Shown here piece by piece: positions 9,231-20,538 of a stretch of DNA of 64,000 nt. Origin of the DNA: Acidobacteriota bacterium (GTDB lineage: Bacteria; Acidobacteriota; CAIWXX01); contig JBFMAF010000031.1 of assembly GCA_040755995.1 (NCBI GenBank), positions 1 through 64,000 on the forward strand, written 5' to 3'. Positions within the stretch are counted from its first letter, which is position 1; every line of letters starts with the position of its first letter. The position numbers and the translations under genes were made by a program. The notes below the pieces were generated by a model, which was given only the letters and a program-made list of their open reading frames with translations, was not told the origin of the DNA and ran no database searches.

Positions 9231-10386
9231 GGTGGCGATCAGGCCCGCAGTGAAGGTCTGGCCACCCCGAGAGCTAGGAGCTACTGCGGGCCCGACCGGT
9301 GCTGCGGAGCACACGGAGCGAGCAGCGACGAACGCGATCGTTTCTTTCTTCCGCCGTGCATCCGCCCCCCGCCACTCGCCCGTCCGGCATCGCCGCTTCT
9401 TGCGTCCCGCAGGCCACGCTGTCGCCGGCTTCGCGTTTGGCTACGGGGTGCTGCACCCGGTGGCGATGCTCATCTTCGGGTGGTTGGATCCGCGGCTTGC
9501 CGCCGGGATGGGCGCACATACAGGCCGCCTGTGGAGCCACCTGGCGCTCTCGTTCCAGCCGGACATGCTGCTCATGGGCCTCGTGTTCGGTCTCTTCAGC
9601 GGCTTGATCGCGGGCGTCAACGGATACTACCAGGGGGAGCTCGAGATGCAGGCCGAGCTGCTCCGGCGGCAGAACAACCGGCTGAGCCGTCTCGAGCGGG
9701 ATAAGCGCCGCCACACGCAGTTCATGGTCCATGACTTCAAAGGGCACCTGCAGAGCATCCTGGCTTTTTCCGGCCTGCTGCTCGAGAAGGCCGACCCAAA
9801 GGCAAACCCCGCGGCGTACGACGCCCTGGCCCGCATCCGCCGCCAGGCACACAAGATGATCGGGGCGGTGATGGACCTGCTCGATCTCGCGCGGCTGCAG
9901 GAGTCTCCGCGGATCATGCCTGAGCTGGTGCCCGTCGGAGTTCTGCTGCGTGACGCGTCGACCGACATCGGTCTTCCCACTCATCTCGGCAGCGTCGAGA
10001 TCGGAGCGCAGGCGGAGCGCTCCGGATCGATCCTTGTCGACCCGCGCCTGCTCGGCCGGGTTCTGGTCAACCTGGTGACCAACGCGTTGCGTCACAATCG
10101 GCCCGGAACCCGTGTGGTTCTGGACGCCGAGCGGGACACATCGGGCGCCGTCGTCATCTCGTGCTCGGACGACGGACAGGGGCTGCCGGACGAAGTTCGG
10201 GCCTCGCTGTTCGAGGAGTCCGCGGGCGGAACAGCTCGCCATGATCGGCAATCCACCGGCCTCGGTCTCGCCTTCTGCAAGGCGGCTGTCGAAGCACACG
10301 GCGGGCGCATCTGCTGCATCAGCACCCCCGGGCAGGGCGCTCGCTTCGAGATCACCATTCCGGGGGAGCGAGAGAAGGAATCATGA
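9214..10386 (+). CDS. membrane sensor histidine kinase (start uncertain)
   Basis: Two TM segments, H-box FMVHDFK, NLVTNA, DDGQGL, STGLGLAFCK. Confidence 0.85.
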   Translation: MANIAEVAIRPAVKVWPPRELGATAGPTGAAEHTERAATNAIVSFFRRASAPRHSPVRHRRFLRPAGHAVAGFAFGYGVLHPVAMLIFGWLDPRLAAGMGAHTGRLWSHLALSFQPDMLLMGLVFGLFSGLIAGVNGYYQGELEMQAELLRRQNNRLSRLERDKRRHTQFMVHDFKGHLQSILAFSGLLLEKADPKANPAAYDALARIRRQAHKMIGAVMDLLDLARLQESPRIMPELVPVGVLLRDASTDIGLPTHLGSVEIGAQAERSGSILVDPRLLGRVLVNLVTNALRHNRPGTRVVLDAERDTSGAVVISCSDDGQGLPDEVRASLFEESAGGTARHDRQSTGLGLAFCKAAVEAHGGRICCISTPGQGARFEITIPGEREKES

Positions 10387-10796
10387 TGACAATGAACCCA
10401 CCAAACGTGCTGGTCGTCGACGACGACCCGGACTTCGTTGCCTACGTCAAGACGGTGCTCGAGGCGGATGGCATTTCGGTCGCCGCTGCGTACGATGGTG
10501 AGGATGCGCTGGAGCAGGTGCGGGAGGAGCCTCCGGATCTGGTCACGCTCGATATCCAGATGCCGCGCAAGACCGGCGTGTTGTTCTACAGGCAGATGAA
10601 AGCCGAGGAGCGGCTGCGGGCCATCCCGGTGATCGTGGTCACCGGCCTGCGCCGGATGGACCTCTACGCAGCGCCGTTCATCCAGGCCTTCTTCGAGGTC
10701 GAGCACCGGAAGCTGCCGGTGCCGGAAGCCTACCTCGACAAGCCGGTCAGCCGCGAAGAGCTGGTGAAGACGGTCAGGGAATACCTCGCCGCATAG
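10383..10796 (+). CDS. single-domain response regulator (receiver)
   Basis: VLVVDDD, DLVTLDIQMP, VIVVTG, YLDKP. Confidence 0.9.
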   Translation: MMTMNPPNVLVVDDDPDFVAYVKTVLEADGISVAAAYDGEDALEQVREEPPDLVTLDIQMPRKTGVLFYRQMKAEERLRAIPVIVVTGLRRMDLYAAPFIQAFFEVEHRKLPVPEAYLDKPVSREELVKTVREYLAA

Positions 10797-10990
10797 GTTC
10801 GACGTGATTCGCGGCTGCATCCACCATGGCACAGAGGGACTCAACATCAGGTCATTGGGTTCCGCAACAACGTGGTGACAGTGCGTGCTGTGGCGGCAAC
10901 TACGCTGCACTCTCAGTGACGAAATCTAGTACGCTGCAGAGAACCCGTGGCGTGGCGTCGGGTGGATTGCCGATCTGTTGCAGCGACCGC

Positions 10991-11963
10991 TCAATGACTC
11001 GGGATACCCCGGCTGTCAGTCACAGTTCGGACGAAGATCCCTCCCGCTGTGGATGCATACAGCGTTCTCGGGTGAAAGGGGTCGAAAGCAAGAGCACTGA
11101 CAGAGAGTTCGCCTGTTCCGGGGTCAAGGCCTTCGCTCATTCTGGTCCAGGTGCGCCCCGATGAATCCCAAACATAGACGCCATTAGGGGTCCCAGCGTA
11201 CACCCTGTGGTTATCAATCGGATCTATGGCCGCACATTCTGCCCAGTCCAGCCCCATCGGAAACCACTCCTGGCCTCCATCGTCACTACGGTAGAGCCCG
11301 TCGGTCGTTGCGGCGTACAGACGTCCACGGACTTTGGAGTCGTAGACAACCTGGTAAACCCATCCGGTTTCGGGCAAGCCGGATCCGGTCTTCACCCACG
11401 ATCGTCCCCCGTCTGTGCTCTTGTGCATGGTGAGAGGTTTCCGGTGATACCCCCCTTCCTCTTTTGAGAAGGCGCAGATGATTTCCGGATTGTAGGGATC
11501 GAAGCCCAGCTCAGTGACAGTGAACCCAAGCAGATCCGTGCTCAGCAAACTCCATCTTCGCGCACCATTGAATGTCGTGAATACCCCGGCTATTGAGGTC
11601 AGCAGAAGATGTTGGGGATTGAGAGGGTCCATTGTGAGCGTTCCCGCGCTGAGGCGATTGCGGAGCCCCCTGTTGGCGGACTCCCAAGTCAGTCCCCCGT
11701 CCCTGGACCTCATCACCCCATCCCCGAGCGCATAGAGCGTGCGCGTACGATCAGGGTCAACAACGAGAGATCGCACTCCAAACTCAGGCATTCCTTCACT
11801 CAGTATCGACCACGTCTCCATCTCCGCCGGCCGGCCCACCGGGGGTCCACAGATTCCCTCCGGCAAATGAAGTCGCGACACCTGGACCAACGATGGCGGA
11901 GACTAGTCCGAATGCGAGAGTGAAAGCTACTCGCGTGACCCGTTGACGCCTAGGTGATCTCAT
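10991..11963 (-). pseudogene. BNR/Asp-box (VPS10/glycosyl-hydrolase-like beta-propeller) protein, frameshifted or internally deleted near 11820
   Basis: RBS, signal peptide and NLWTPGGPAGG in one frame (11963-11796); SxDGGxxW repeats (SRDGGLTW, STDGGRSW, SDDGGQEW) in another frame. Confidence 0.65.
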
Positions 11964-12051
11964 CTGCCGTCCTTCCTTGAAGACGCTCACATGCACTATA
12001 TCCCATTCCATCCACTTCCTTTGGACTCGTTGCGCTCCAGCCCGTGTTTTC

Positions 12052-12501
12052 TCAGTCGTCTCGACACAGCAGATCGATGGCTGCGGTGTAGCTTCCGGCA
12101 CCGAGCCCTGAGATCTGCTTGATGCATGCGGCCCGCACCACCGATTTCCGCCGGAATGCCTCGCGCCGGTGGATGTCGGAAAGGTGGACCTCTACGGTCG
12201 GGATTCGCACGGCGGCGATCGCGTCACGCAGGGAATAGCTGTAGTGCGTCAGCGCGCCAGGGTTCATGACGATTCCGTCGGCCCAACGGCGATTGCTGTG
12301 AATGCAGTCGATCAGCGCACCTTCATGATTGGACTGGCACGATCGGATGACGGCTCCACGCAGCGCCGCATGAGCGCGGATCCTTCGATCCAGCTCTCTC
12401 AGGCTCATGGTGCCGTAGATCTCGGGCTCGCGCTCACCGAGCAGGTTCAGGTTTGGCCCGTGGATCACAAGGATACGGGTCTGTGCTCTCTTTGATCGCA
12501 T
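12052..12501 (-). CDS. aroQ: type II 3-dehydroquinate dehydratase
   Basis: [46 protein letters not shown]. Confidence 0.97.
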   Translation of the reverse strand: MRSKRAQTRILVIHGPNLNLLGEREPEIYGTMSLRELDRRIRAHAALRGAVIRSCQSNHEGALIDCIHSNRRWADGIVMNPGALTHYSYSLRDAIAAVRIPTVEVHLSDIHRREAFRRKSVVRAACIKQISGLGAGSYTAAIDLLCRDD

Positions 12502-13574
12502 AGCCACTCCTCGATCATTTCAACGCTGACCTCCGTTTCGACCAGGCGTACCTTTCCGATCTCCTCGATCAGCACCAGCGTCAATCCGCACGCGCATCGC
12601 TTCTTGTCGACGCCCATGTGCTCGACCAAGTCGGCCGCCGCGAGATCCAGCGGCAGCGACGGGATCGGGAAACGATTCAGCAGGCCCGTGATGCGGTCGA
12701 ACTCGGACCGCCATAGAAGGCCGCGCTTCACAGAAACCTCGCAGGCCCACCGCATTCCGTGCACTACCGCTTCGCCGTGCCGGAAGCGGGAGAGGCCGGT
12801 CGAGGCTTCGATGGCATGCGCGAGCGTGTGGCCGAAGTTCAGAATACGGCGCAGGCCTCGTTCTCGCTCATCCTGCTCCACAATCCGAGCTTTCGCCTCA
12901 CAGCACGCGGCGATGATCTTCGCGATTGCCGCGAGGTCAGAGAGACCGGCGAGCGCATCGAGCGTGTCCTCGATTCGGGAGAAGAGAGCCGCGTCTTCGA
13001 TCAGCGCACACTTCACCACTTCGCCGAGCCCGCTCCAGACCTCGCGCCTCGGGAGCGTCAGTAGCACGGAGGGGTCGATACAAACCAAGCTGGGCTGATG
13101 GAACGCGCCGATGAGATTCTTTTCCGCCGCGTGGTTCACGCCGACCTTCCCGCCCACGCTGGAATCGACTTGCGCGAGGAGACTCGTGGGAACCTGCAGC
13201 ATCGGCACGCCGCGTAGGTAGGTGGCGGATACAAACCCGGCCAGGTCTCCCACAACGCCTCCGCCGAGCGCGACCACGAATCCGTCGCGATGGAGCCCAG
13301 ACTGGATCAGTCGAGTGTATAGATGCCCGGCCCATTCGATCGACTTCGACCTCTCTCCGGCGGGCACAACGTGCAGATCAGCCCGGATGCCGGCCCCGTG
13401 GAACGAGTCGATGACGCTCTGGGCGTAGAGAGAAGCCACCGTCTCGTCCGTGATCAGCGCCGCATGGCCCCCAAGACGCCTCCGCGCCGCCACGTCACCA
13501 ATCTGCGAGAGGCAGCCCAGTTCAACGTAGATCGGATACCCACGTTGGCCCAGTCGCACCTGCAACTCGATCAT
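12465..13574 (-). CDS. aroB: 3-dehydroquinate synthase
   Basis: [32 protein letters not shown]. Confidence 0.97.
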   Translation of the reverse strand: MIELQVRLGQRGYPIYVELGCLSQIGDVAARRRLGGHAALITDETVASLYAQSVIDSFHGAGIRADLHVVPAGERSKSIEWAGHLYTRLIQSGLHRDGFVVALGGGVVGDLAGFVSATYLRGVPMLQVPTSLLAQVDSSVGGKVGVNHAAEKNLIGAFHQPSLVCIDPSVLLTLPRREVWSGLGEVVKCALIEDAALFSRIEDTLDALAGLSDLAAIAKIIAACCEAKARIVEQDERERGLRRILNFGHTLAHAIEASTGLSRFRHGEAVVHGMRWACEVSVKRGLLWRSEFDRITGLLNRFPIPSLPLDLAAADLVEHMGVDKKRCACGLTLVLIEEIGKVRLVETEVSVEMIEEWLCDQREHRPVSL

Positions 13575-14146
13575 GGACCGTTCCTTGCGGTGCATGTCCC
13601 GCTCTGGGCCTGAGGGCCAGCAGCACCCGGGCAAGCGCCCGCGATATGCCCTATCAGGAGCTCCACGACGCGCTCCGGGCTGACCTCATCGCTGAACTGC
13701 AGCACAAGATCGGCACGCCTGTAGAGAGGCTCTCGCACCGCCAGCAGCTCGGCGATTCGCGCACGACCGTCGTCGCGTGCGAGAAGCGGGCGATCATGTG
13801 TTGTCTGAAGCCGAGCCCGAAGAATCTCCGGCGGGTACGAGAGGTACACGGTAGAGCCGGTCGCAGCGATCCGCTGCCAATTCTCGTCGTCCAGCACCGC
13901 ACCGCCTCCCAATGAGACGACGCATTCTTTGAGCATCGAGACAGACTCGACACACTTCCGCTCCAGGCGCCTGAACTGCCCCTCGCCCTTGCGTTCGAAA
14001 ATCTCAGCCACGCGCATACCGCTGCCCTCTTCGATCACTGCATCAGTGTCGATGAACCGGCGGCCGAGACGCTCGGCCAGCAGGCGCCCCACGGTCGTCT
14101 TCCCAGATCCCATGAATCCGATGATGTAGAGATTGCCTGTGAACAA
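13571..14146 (-). CDS. aroK: shikimate kinase
   Basis: GFMGSGKTTVG, DTD, SLGGG, RPLL. Confidence 0.95.
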   Translation of the reverse strand: MFTGNLYIIGFMGSGKTTVGRLLAERLGRRFIDTDAVIEEGSGMRVAEIFERKGEGQFRRLERKCVESVSMLKECVVSLGGGAVLDDENWQRIAATGSTVYLSYPPEILRARLQTTHDRPLLARDDGRARIAELLAVREPLYRRADLVLQFSDEVSPERVVELLIGHIAGACPGAAGPQAQSGTCTARNGP

Positions 14147-14149
14147 CCG

Positions 14150-15316
14150 TCAACTCCTGAAATTCTTCATCATCTCGTCGAGCGAATCCCCGCCGTATTT
14201 CTCGCACAACGCTCTGCCCAGTACGATCGCGAGCATGGCTTCTCCCACAACGGCGGCGGCTGGGACCGCGCACACATCCGACCGCTCGACGTGTGCCGGA
14301 GCCGCCTCGCCAGTCGACAGGTCCACCGATGGCAGGGGGCGCTGAAGCGTCGGGATAGGCTTCATGGTCGCGCGGACGAGGATGGGCTCGCCGTTGCCTA
14401 CACCGCCCTCGATTCCGCCGGCCCGATTGCTCCCGCGCCTCAGGCCCTCACCCGGCAAGATCGGATCGTGCACCTCCGAGCCGGGCCGCCCGGCGCATTC
14501 CACTCCGAGCCCGATCTCGACCGCCTTGACTCCCGGAATGCCCATGAACGCGCCGGCGATCTGCGCGTCCAGCCGGCGTTCCAAGTCCGCGTAGCTGCCG
14601 AGACCGACCGGCACACTCAGCGCCACCACCTCGAACATGCCGCCGACCGTGTCCCCCGCAGCCGCCGCGTCGCTTATGCAGCATTTCATCGCCTTCTCAG
14701 CCTCCCGATCACTTGTCCTCACCTCCGAGGCGTCCGCACGGCTGACCATTTCGCGGACCTCGGAAGACCCACCGGGCGCAGACCTGTCGAACAGAAGCCG
14801 AAGCGACTCCGATGCAGTCGCCGTGTGAATGCGGACTACATGGCTCCCGATCCAGATGCTGAAGGCGTCAAGCAGCTGCTGCACGACCGATCCGATCGCG
14901 ACGCGCAGCGCCGTCTCCCTCGCGCTCGCGCGCTCGATAACATTTCGCAGGTCGGTGTGGCCGTACTTGAGCGCGCCGGCGAGATCCGCGTGGCCCGGCC
15001 GCGGCACGGTCACCGGCGACGGGTCCGCTCCGTCGAAGACGCCCATCCGCTCCCGCCAGTTCTCCCAATCCCGATTCTCGATCACCAGGCTGATGGGGCT
15101 TCCGAGTGTGAGGCCGAACCGCACGCCTGAGAGTATCTGTGCGCGATCATGCTCGATCTTCATCCGGCCGCCGCGCCCAGCCCCGCCCTGCCGTTTTCGC
15201 AATTGCGCATCGATTCGCTCTTGCGCGATGCGCACGCCCGCGGGCATGCCCTCGATGATTCCGACGAGGGCTCGTCCGTGCGACTCACCGGCCGTAAGTA
15301 TCTTAAGCTGTCCCAT
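14150..15316 (-). CDS. aroC: chorismate synthase
   Basis: TAGESHG, PRPGHAD, ERASARET, NRAGGIEGG, ERSD. Confidence 0.97.
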   Translation of the reverse strand: MGQLKILTAGESHGRALVGIIEGMPAGVRIAQERIDAQLRKRQGGAGRGGRMKIEHDRAQILSGVRFGLTLGSPISLVIENRDWENWRERMGVFDGADPSPVTVPRPGHADLAGALKYGHTDLRNVIERASARETALRVAIGSVVQQLLDAFSIWIGSHVVRIHTATASESLRLLFDRSAPGGSSEVREMVSRADASEVRTSDREAEKAMKCCISDAAAAGDTVGGMFEVVALSVPVGLGSYADLERRLDAQIAGAFMGIPGVKAVEIGLGVECAGRPGSEVHDPILPGEGLRRGSNRAGGIEGGVGNGEPILVRATMKPIPTLQRPLPSVDLSTGEAAPAHVERSDVCAVPAAAVVGEAMLAIVLGRALCEKYGGDSLDEMMKNFRS

Positions 15317-16172
15317 CGATCTCTCCTTCGCGGATGAGGCTGGACCAGATCTTGTCGAAGAGTCCGTCCGGCATCTTCCGGCCCAGCCAGATCTCGGCGG
15401 CGGCCAGCGCCTGTGCGATCAACATCCGCATCCCCGGCACGATCCGCGCTCCACGACTCCGCGCATCCCGCAGCAGTCGCGTGACAAGCGGCCTCGGCAC
15501 CATGTCGAAGACCGTCGCTGACTGCGGCAATGACCGGAGATCCGCCAGTGGCGATTCGTCGACCTTCGGCCACATGCCCACCGGCGTCGAGTTAATCAGC
15601 AGGTCGATTCCGGCAAGATCGACGCCTCGCGCAGGTTCGTTCACCACGCTGACATCGAACGTGCCTCGCCTCCCGAATTCCCTGCACAAAGACTCGGCTC
15701 TAGATGCAGAACGGCAATGCATAGCCACGTGTCTCACACGAAACTCACCCAAGACATGCAGGACCGTCCGGGCTGCACCGCCCGCCCCCAACAGCAGCGC
15801 TTTCGAGCCGGGGCACAGCGCCGCATCCGCGAGCGCCACGCGTGCCCCGATGACATCCGTATTGAATCCGATGAGCCGGGCTTTCTCATTGAGAACCGTG
15901 TTGACGGCACCAACGCAGCCGGCTACTGAATCGAGCTCATCGAGCAGCGGAACAATCGTCTCCTTGTGCGGAATCGTGACGTTGAATCCCGGCCTTTGGC
16001 GCGTACGGGTGTCGCTGACGAAGGCAGCGAGATCCCCGGGTGCGACGCGCACGGCGTGATACTCGATGGACAGGCCGAGCTCCTCGTAGACCATGCGATG
16101 AATCGCCGGTGAGAGCGTTTGGGCCACTGGATCGCCGATGACACAATACGATGGTTCGACGCGGCTACCCAT
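15303..16172 (-). CDS. aroE: shikimate dehydrogenase
   Basis: GDPVAQTLSP, NVTIPHK, GAVNT, NTD, GAGGAAR. Confidence 0.95.
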   Translation of the reverse strand: MGSRVEPSYCVIGDPVAQTLSPAIHRMVYEELGLSIEYHAVRVAPGDLAAFVSDTRTRQRPGFNVTIPHKETIVPLLDELDSVAGCVGAVNTVLNEKARLIGFNTDVIGARVALADAALCPGSKALLLGAGGAARTVLHVLGEFRVRHVAMHCRSASRAESLCREFGRRGTFDVSVVNEPARGVDLAGIDLLINSTPVGMWPKVDESPLADLRSLPQSATVFDMVPRPLVTRLLRDARSRGARIVPGMRMLIAQALAAAEIWLGRKMPDGLFDKIWSSLIREGEIDGTA

Positions 16173-17445
16173 CGATGACCTCATCCAGCGCGTCGTAGAA
16201 CCCGGGGTAGCTCACGTCGGCCGATCCGGCTCCGGCTATCATCGTCTCCCCCTCAGCCACCAACCCCGCCACGGCAAAGGCCATCGCGATCCTGTGGTCT
16301 CCGAAGCTATCGACCACGACGCCGCGGAGGCGTTGCGATCCACAGATGACGAACCCATCGTTGAGCTCCGTCGCATGTGCACCCATCAGACCCAGATTTC
16401 TCACTACAGCGTGAATGCGATCTGCCTCCTTGACGCGCAGCTCGGCCGCGCCGCGCACCACTGTCTCGCCTTCGGCCTGCGTCGCCGCAACGGCGAGCAA
16501 CGGAAGCTCATCGATGATTGACGGGATCAGGTCGACGGGCACTGCAGCTCCGTGGAGCCTGCTCGAACGGACGACGATATCGGCTCTCGGCTCGCCGCCT
16601 ACGATCCGGACTCCTTCAAACGACAATCGCGCGCCCATGGACCCGAGCACGCGCAGGAGACCGGTTCGGGTCGGGTTCACGCACACGTCGCGGATGATGA
16701 GCTCGGAACCCGGCAGCACGCATGCGGCCACGAGGAAGAAGGCGGCGGAAGACGGATCGCCGGCCACATCGATGGTCGTCGCCCGCAGTCTCGCCGGCCC
16801 TGAGACGCAGCTACTCGGCCCATCTGCTCGCACAACCACTCCAAACAACGGCAGCATCAGCTCCGTGTGATTTCGCGACACCCAAGGCTCCTCGATCGAC
16901 GTCTCCCCGTCCGCGTGCAGGCCTGCGAGCAGCACGCACGACTTCACCTGAGCGCTCGCCACCGGCAGCGCATGGTGAATAGGGCGCAGCCGGCCGCCGC
17001 GGATGCGCAGCGGAGCTCGACTCTCTCTGTCAGCGTCGATCGAGGCCCCCATCCGTCTCAAAGGTTCGAGCACGCGTGCCATCGGGCGTCGGCGGAGCGA
17101 TTCATCGCCGGTAATAACCGATTCGAACGGATGAGCCGCAAGGATGCCGGAGAGCAGACGGACCGTCGTCCCCGAGTTGCCGGCATCAAGGCAATCAGCC
17201 GGCTGCTCGAAGCCGCACAGGCCTCGGCCGTGGACGGCGACACCGCTTCCTGTTTGGTGGATCGACACCCCAAGGCGCGCCAGGCAATTCGCGGTGCTTC
17301 GCACGTCGCGCCCTGGAGCGATGTTCAGGATGCGCGTGGTCCCATCGGCGATGCTCGCCAGCATCAACGCGCGATGCGAGATGGACTTGTCGCCGGGAAC
17401 GGTCAGCTCGCCGCGCAGTCTGGCTGCGGGTCGGATTCTGCGCAT
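16165..17445 (-). CDS. aroA: EPSP synthase
   Basis: PGDKSISHR, GNSGTT, SAQVKS, LRVKE, DHRIAM. Confidence 0.97.
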   Translation of the reverse strand: MRRIRPAARLRGELTVPGDKSISHRALMLASIADGTTRILNIAPGRDVRSTANCLARLGVSIHQTGSGVAVHGRGLCGFEQPADCLDAGNSGTTVRLLSGILAAHPFESVITGDESLRRRPMARVLEPLRRMGASIDADRESRAPLRIRGGRLRPIHHALPVASAQVKSCVLLAGLHADGETSIEEPWVSRNHTELMLPLFGVVVRADGPSSCVSGPARLRATTIDVAGDPSSAAFFLVAACVLPGSELIIRDVCVNPTRTGLLRVLGSMGARLSFEGVRIVGGEPRADIVVRSSRLHGAAVPVDLIPSIIDELPLLAVAATQAEGETVVRGAAELRVKEADRIHAVVRNLGLMGAHATELNDGFVICGSQRLRGVVVDSFGDHRIAMAFAVAGLVAEGETMIAGAGSADVSYPGFYDALDEVIDG

Positions 17446-17465
17446 GATGCCGCCCGCCACGCACA

Positions 17466-18539
17466 TCACGTGGTACCCCACCCGAGTGCGGTCCGGGCGG
17501 CAGGACGTTGCGCGCAGGAAGAATACACCGCGCCAGGTGTGGATAGCCGCCGGCCGACGGCCTCCGCGACGAGACGGGTTTCCTCCATCAGCTGCCGGAA
17601 CTGGTCGAGCGTCAGCGACTGGTCTCCGTCTGAAAGGGCGCGGTCCGGATCCGGATGGACCTCGACGATGATGCCGTCGGCTCCGGCCGCCACCGCGGCC
17701 CGCGCCATCGGGATCACGGCATCCCGCCGCCCAGTGCCGTGGGACGGGTCGACGATGACCGGAAGGTGAGTCTTCGACTTGAGGACGGGCACGGCGTTCA
17801 GGTCCAGCGTATTTCGCGTGGCGGTCTCGAATGTCCGTATGCCGCGTTCGCAGAGAATGACCTGCGAGTTGCCCTCGACCAGAACGTACTCCGCCGCGAG
17901 CATCAGCTCGCTGAGGCTTGAAGCTGGGCCGCGCTTGAGGAGCACCGGCTTGCCCGCGCGGCCGACAGCTCGCAGGAGCGGGAAGTTTTGCATCGAACGG
18001 GCGCCGACCTGTATGCAGTCGACTGTATCGCGCATCAGATCCACGTCCTCCGGCTCCATCGCCTCCGTGACAACGGGCAATCCGGTCGCGCGCTTCACCT
18101 CGTCGAGGATCGCGAGGCCCCCCAGGCGCAGGCCCTGAAACGCGTACGGCGACGTACGTGGCTTGTACGCGCCGCCCCTGAGCGCTGTGGCCCCGTAGGC
18201 CGCCACGAACCGGGCCGCGGTCATGAGCTGGTGCTTGTCCTCCACCGAGCACGGCCCCGCGATGACCGCCAGGTCCTTCCCGCCCACAAGAGTCCGTCCT
18301 AGTGGAACTACAGTGCCACGCCTATTGGCGTCTCGGGCTGCGAGCACAGGTCCATTCATCTCCGCGACGACCGATTCCACACCGGGCATATGCTGGACTT
18401 CCGCCCCGCCAGGGTCTTGTCGACCCATGCCTATGATGAATCGTCCAAACGGCAAGACCACTCGTCGCGGATCTCCGATCCTGGATAGAACAGCCTCGAT
18501 CTCCGTGTCACGAGCAGAATCTTTCAGTCTGACTATCAT
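17466..18539 (-). CDS. aroF: DAHP synthase, class I-beta with N-terminal regulatory (ACT-like) domain
   Basis: [34 protein letters not shown]. Confidence 0.95.
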   Translation of the reverse strand: MIVRLKDSARDTEIEAVLSRIGDPRRVVLPFGRFIIGMGRQDPGGAEVQHMPGVESVVAEMNGPVLAARDANRRGTVVPLGRTLVGGKDLAVIAGPCSVEDKHQLMTAARFVAAYGATALRGGAYKPRTSPYAFQGLRLGGLAILDEVKRATGLPVVTEAMEPEDVDLMRDTVDCIQVGARSMQNFPLLRAVGRAGKPVLLKRGPASSLSELMLAAEYVLVEGNSQVILCERGIRTFETATRNTLDLNAVPVLKSKTHLPVIVDPSHGTGRRDAVIPMARAAVAAGADGIIVEVHPDPDRALSDGDQSLTLDQFRQLMEETRLVAEAVGRRLSTPGAVYSSCAQRPAARTALGWGTT

Positions 18540-19333
18540 GCGTGGTTCTCCCGCAAGGCGCTCCCGGCCTCGACAAGACCCCTCACAAACACCTTCGCGG
18601 CCTGGAAGGCGTTCTGTCCGCCGCGCCTCTGGAGGTGGTGGATCAGGGCCGATCCGACCACGACGCCGTCGGCGAGTTTCCAGAGCCGCCGTACGTCCTC
18701 GGGCCCCCTCACACCGAATCCCACCGCAACGGGGAGACCGGAGCGATCTCGAATCTGCTGAATCCGAGAGGCCAGCTCGATTGTCGACGGGTCGTGCGTC
18801 CCGGTCACTCCATGTCGCGCGACGAGGTAGACGAAGCCTCGGCCGGAGTCTGCGATATGTTGTGCACGACTCTCGGTCGTGTTGGGGCTCACCAGCACGA
18901 TCGGGTCAACACCGCATGCCGCCGCGGATTCGAACCAGCCGGGCTCTTCCTCCGGCGGGAGATCCAGCACCAGCACGCCGTCGACACCGGCTTCGCTCGT
19001 CCTCCGCAGGAATGTCTCGGGCCCCATAGTGAGGACCGGGTTCAAGTAGGTGAAGAGCACCATTGGGACCGTCGTGCGCGCACGCAGCCCGTTGATGAGC
19101 GAGAGTGTGCGCCCAAGGCTGCCGCCGCCGGCCAGCGCCCTCTGATGTGCATGCTGGATCACGGGGCCGTCTGCGACCGGATCCGAGTGCGGCACGCCGA
19201 TCTCGAGAGCTCGAGCCCCGCCATCAATCGCGCCGAGCGCCGCGCATACGAAAGCGTCGTCATCCGGATCTGAAGCAGTGAGGTACGGAATCAGGGCGTG
19301 ACCTCCGCCGATGGCTTTCTCGAGGCGACTCAC
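18536..19333 (-). CDS. trpA: tryptophan synthase alpha chain
   Basis: [33 protein letters not shown]. Confidence 0.97.
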   Translation of the reverse strand: MSRLEKAIGGGHALIPYLTASDPDDDAFVCAALGAIDGGARALEIGVPHSDPVADGPVIQHAHQRALAGGGSLGRTLSLINGLRARTTVPMVLFTYLNPVLTMGPETFLRRTSEAGVDGVLVLDLPPEEEPGWFESAAACGVDPIVLVSPNTTESRAQHIADSGRGFVYLVARHGVTGTHDPSTIELASRIQQIRDRSGLPVAVGFGVRGPEDVRRLWKLADGVVVGSALIHHLQRRGGQNAFQAAKVFVRGLVEAGSALRENHA

Positions 19334-20538
19334 TGTGCACCTCCCGGCGTACTGGCCCGCCCGGCTACGGTCTCCACGTCCTTGTCGCCGCGCCCGGAGA
19401 GATTAAGCAGGATGCGCGCGCCCGAGCCGAGATCCGAGGCGGCATGGTTGAGGACATAGGCCACTGCGTGCGCGCTCTCGAGCGCGGGGATTATGCCCTC
19501 CAGCTCGCACAGCGCGCGGAACGCAGCGACCGCATCCTGATCCGAGACTCTCGTGTACCTCGCGCGCGCTGTCAGATGGAGCTGGCTGTGCTCTGGGCCG
19601 ACGGCCGGGTAGTCGAGGCCCGCCGCGACCGAGCCCGTTGCCAGGACCTGCCCATGCTCATCCTGGAGCAAGTAAGTGTAGCAGCCGTGCAGAACGCCTG
19701 GGCGCCCGCCGTTGAAGCGCGATGCGTGCCGGCCGGGCTCGTCCCCATTGCCTCCTGCCTCCACACCCACCAGATCCACTTGCGGATCGTGGAGGAAGGC
19801 CGAGAACAGTCCGATCGCGTTAGACCCGCCGCCGACGCAAGCGATTGCCGCGTCTGGCAGACGGCCCTCGGCACGCGAGAACTGCTCACGTGCCTCGCTG
19901 CCAATGATGGATTGGAATGTGCGCACCATGAGAGGGAACGGGCGCGGCCCGAGCGCCGATCCGAGAAGGTAGTACGTGTCCAATGGATGCGCCGCCCATT
20001 CTCTGAGCGCCTCGTTGATAGCCTCCTTCAAGGTTCCTGTGCCGGCTCGAACTGGCATGACTCGTGCGCCGAGAAGCTCCATGCGCCTCACATTCATCGC
20101 CTGACGATTCATGTCCGTGATTCCCATGTAGACTGTGCAAGGAATCCCGAGCAGAGCGCATGCGGTTGCGGATGCAACTCCGTGCTGCCCCGCGCCCGTT
20201 TCGGCGATCACGCGCCGCTTGCCCATATTTCGCGCAAGCAGAGCCTGTCCGACAGCGTTGTTGATCTTGTGCGAGCCGGTGTGCCCGAGGTCCTCGCGCT
20301 TCAGGTACACCGCGCGCACTCCGGCCGCGGCCTCGAGCTTTGCGGCACGGTACAAAGGCGTAGGGCGGCCGGAGTACGAGGCGAGCAGATCAGTGTACTC
20401 CTTGCGGAAAGATGGATCGTCCCAGGCATCGAGAAACGCCGCATCGAGCTCCAGCAGCGGCGCCATCAGCGTCTCCGGCACGAATCGTCCCCCGAATGGG
20501 CCGTACTCGCGCGCGCGTTCGAGTAGCTCAGAATGCAT
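19330..20538 (-). CDS. trpB: tryptophan synthase beta chain
   Basis: HTGSHKINN, AETGAGQHG, GGGSN, GLDYPAVGP, SGRGDKD. Confidence 0.98.
   Translation of the reverse strand: MHSELLERAREYGPFGGRFVPETLMAPLLELDAAFLDAWDDPSFRKEYTDLLASYSGRPTPLYRAAKLEAAAGVRAVYLKREDLGHTGSHKINNAVGQALLARNMGKRRVIAETGAGQHGVASATACALLGIPCTVYMGITDMNRQAMNVRRMELLGARVMPVRAGTGTLKEAINEALREWAAHPLDTYYLLGSALGPRPFPLMVRTFQSIIGSEAREQFSRAEGRLPDAAIACVGGGSNAIGLFSAFLHDPQVDLVGVEAGGNGDEPGRHASRFNGGRPGVLHGCYTYLLQDEHGQVLATGSVAAGLDYPAVGPEHSQLHLTARARYTRVSDQDAVAAFRALCELEGIIPALESAHAVAYVLNHAASDLGSGARILLNLSGRGDKDVETVAGRASTPGGAQ

Noticed and set aside
17446..18252. Apparent 695-aa AroA fusion
   Set aside because: The extension is an off-frame read of aroF; AroA homology begins at MRRIRP (17445)
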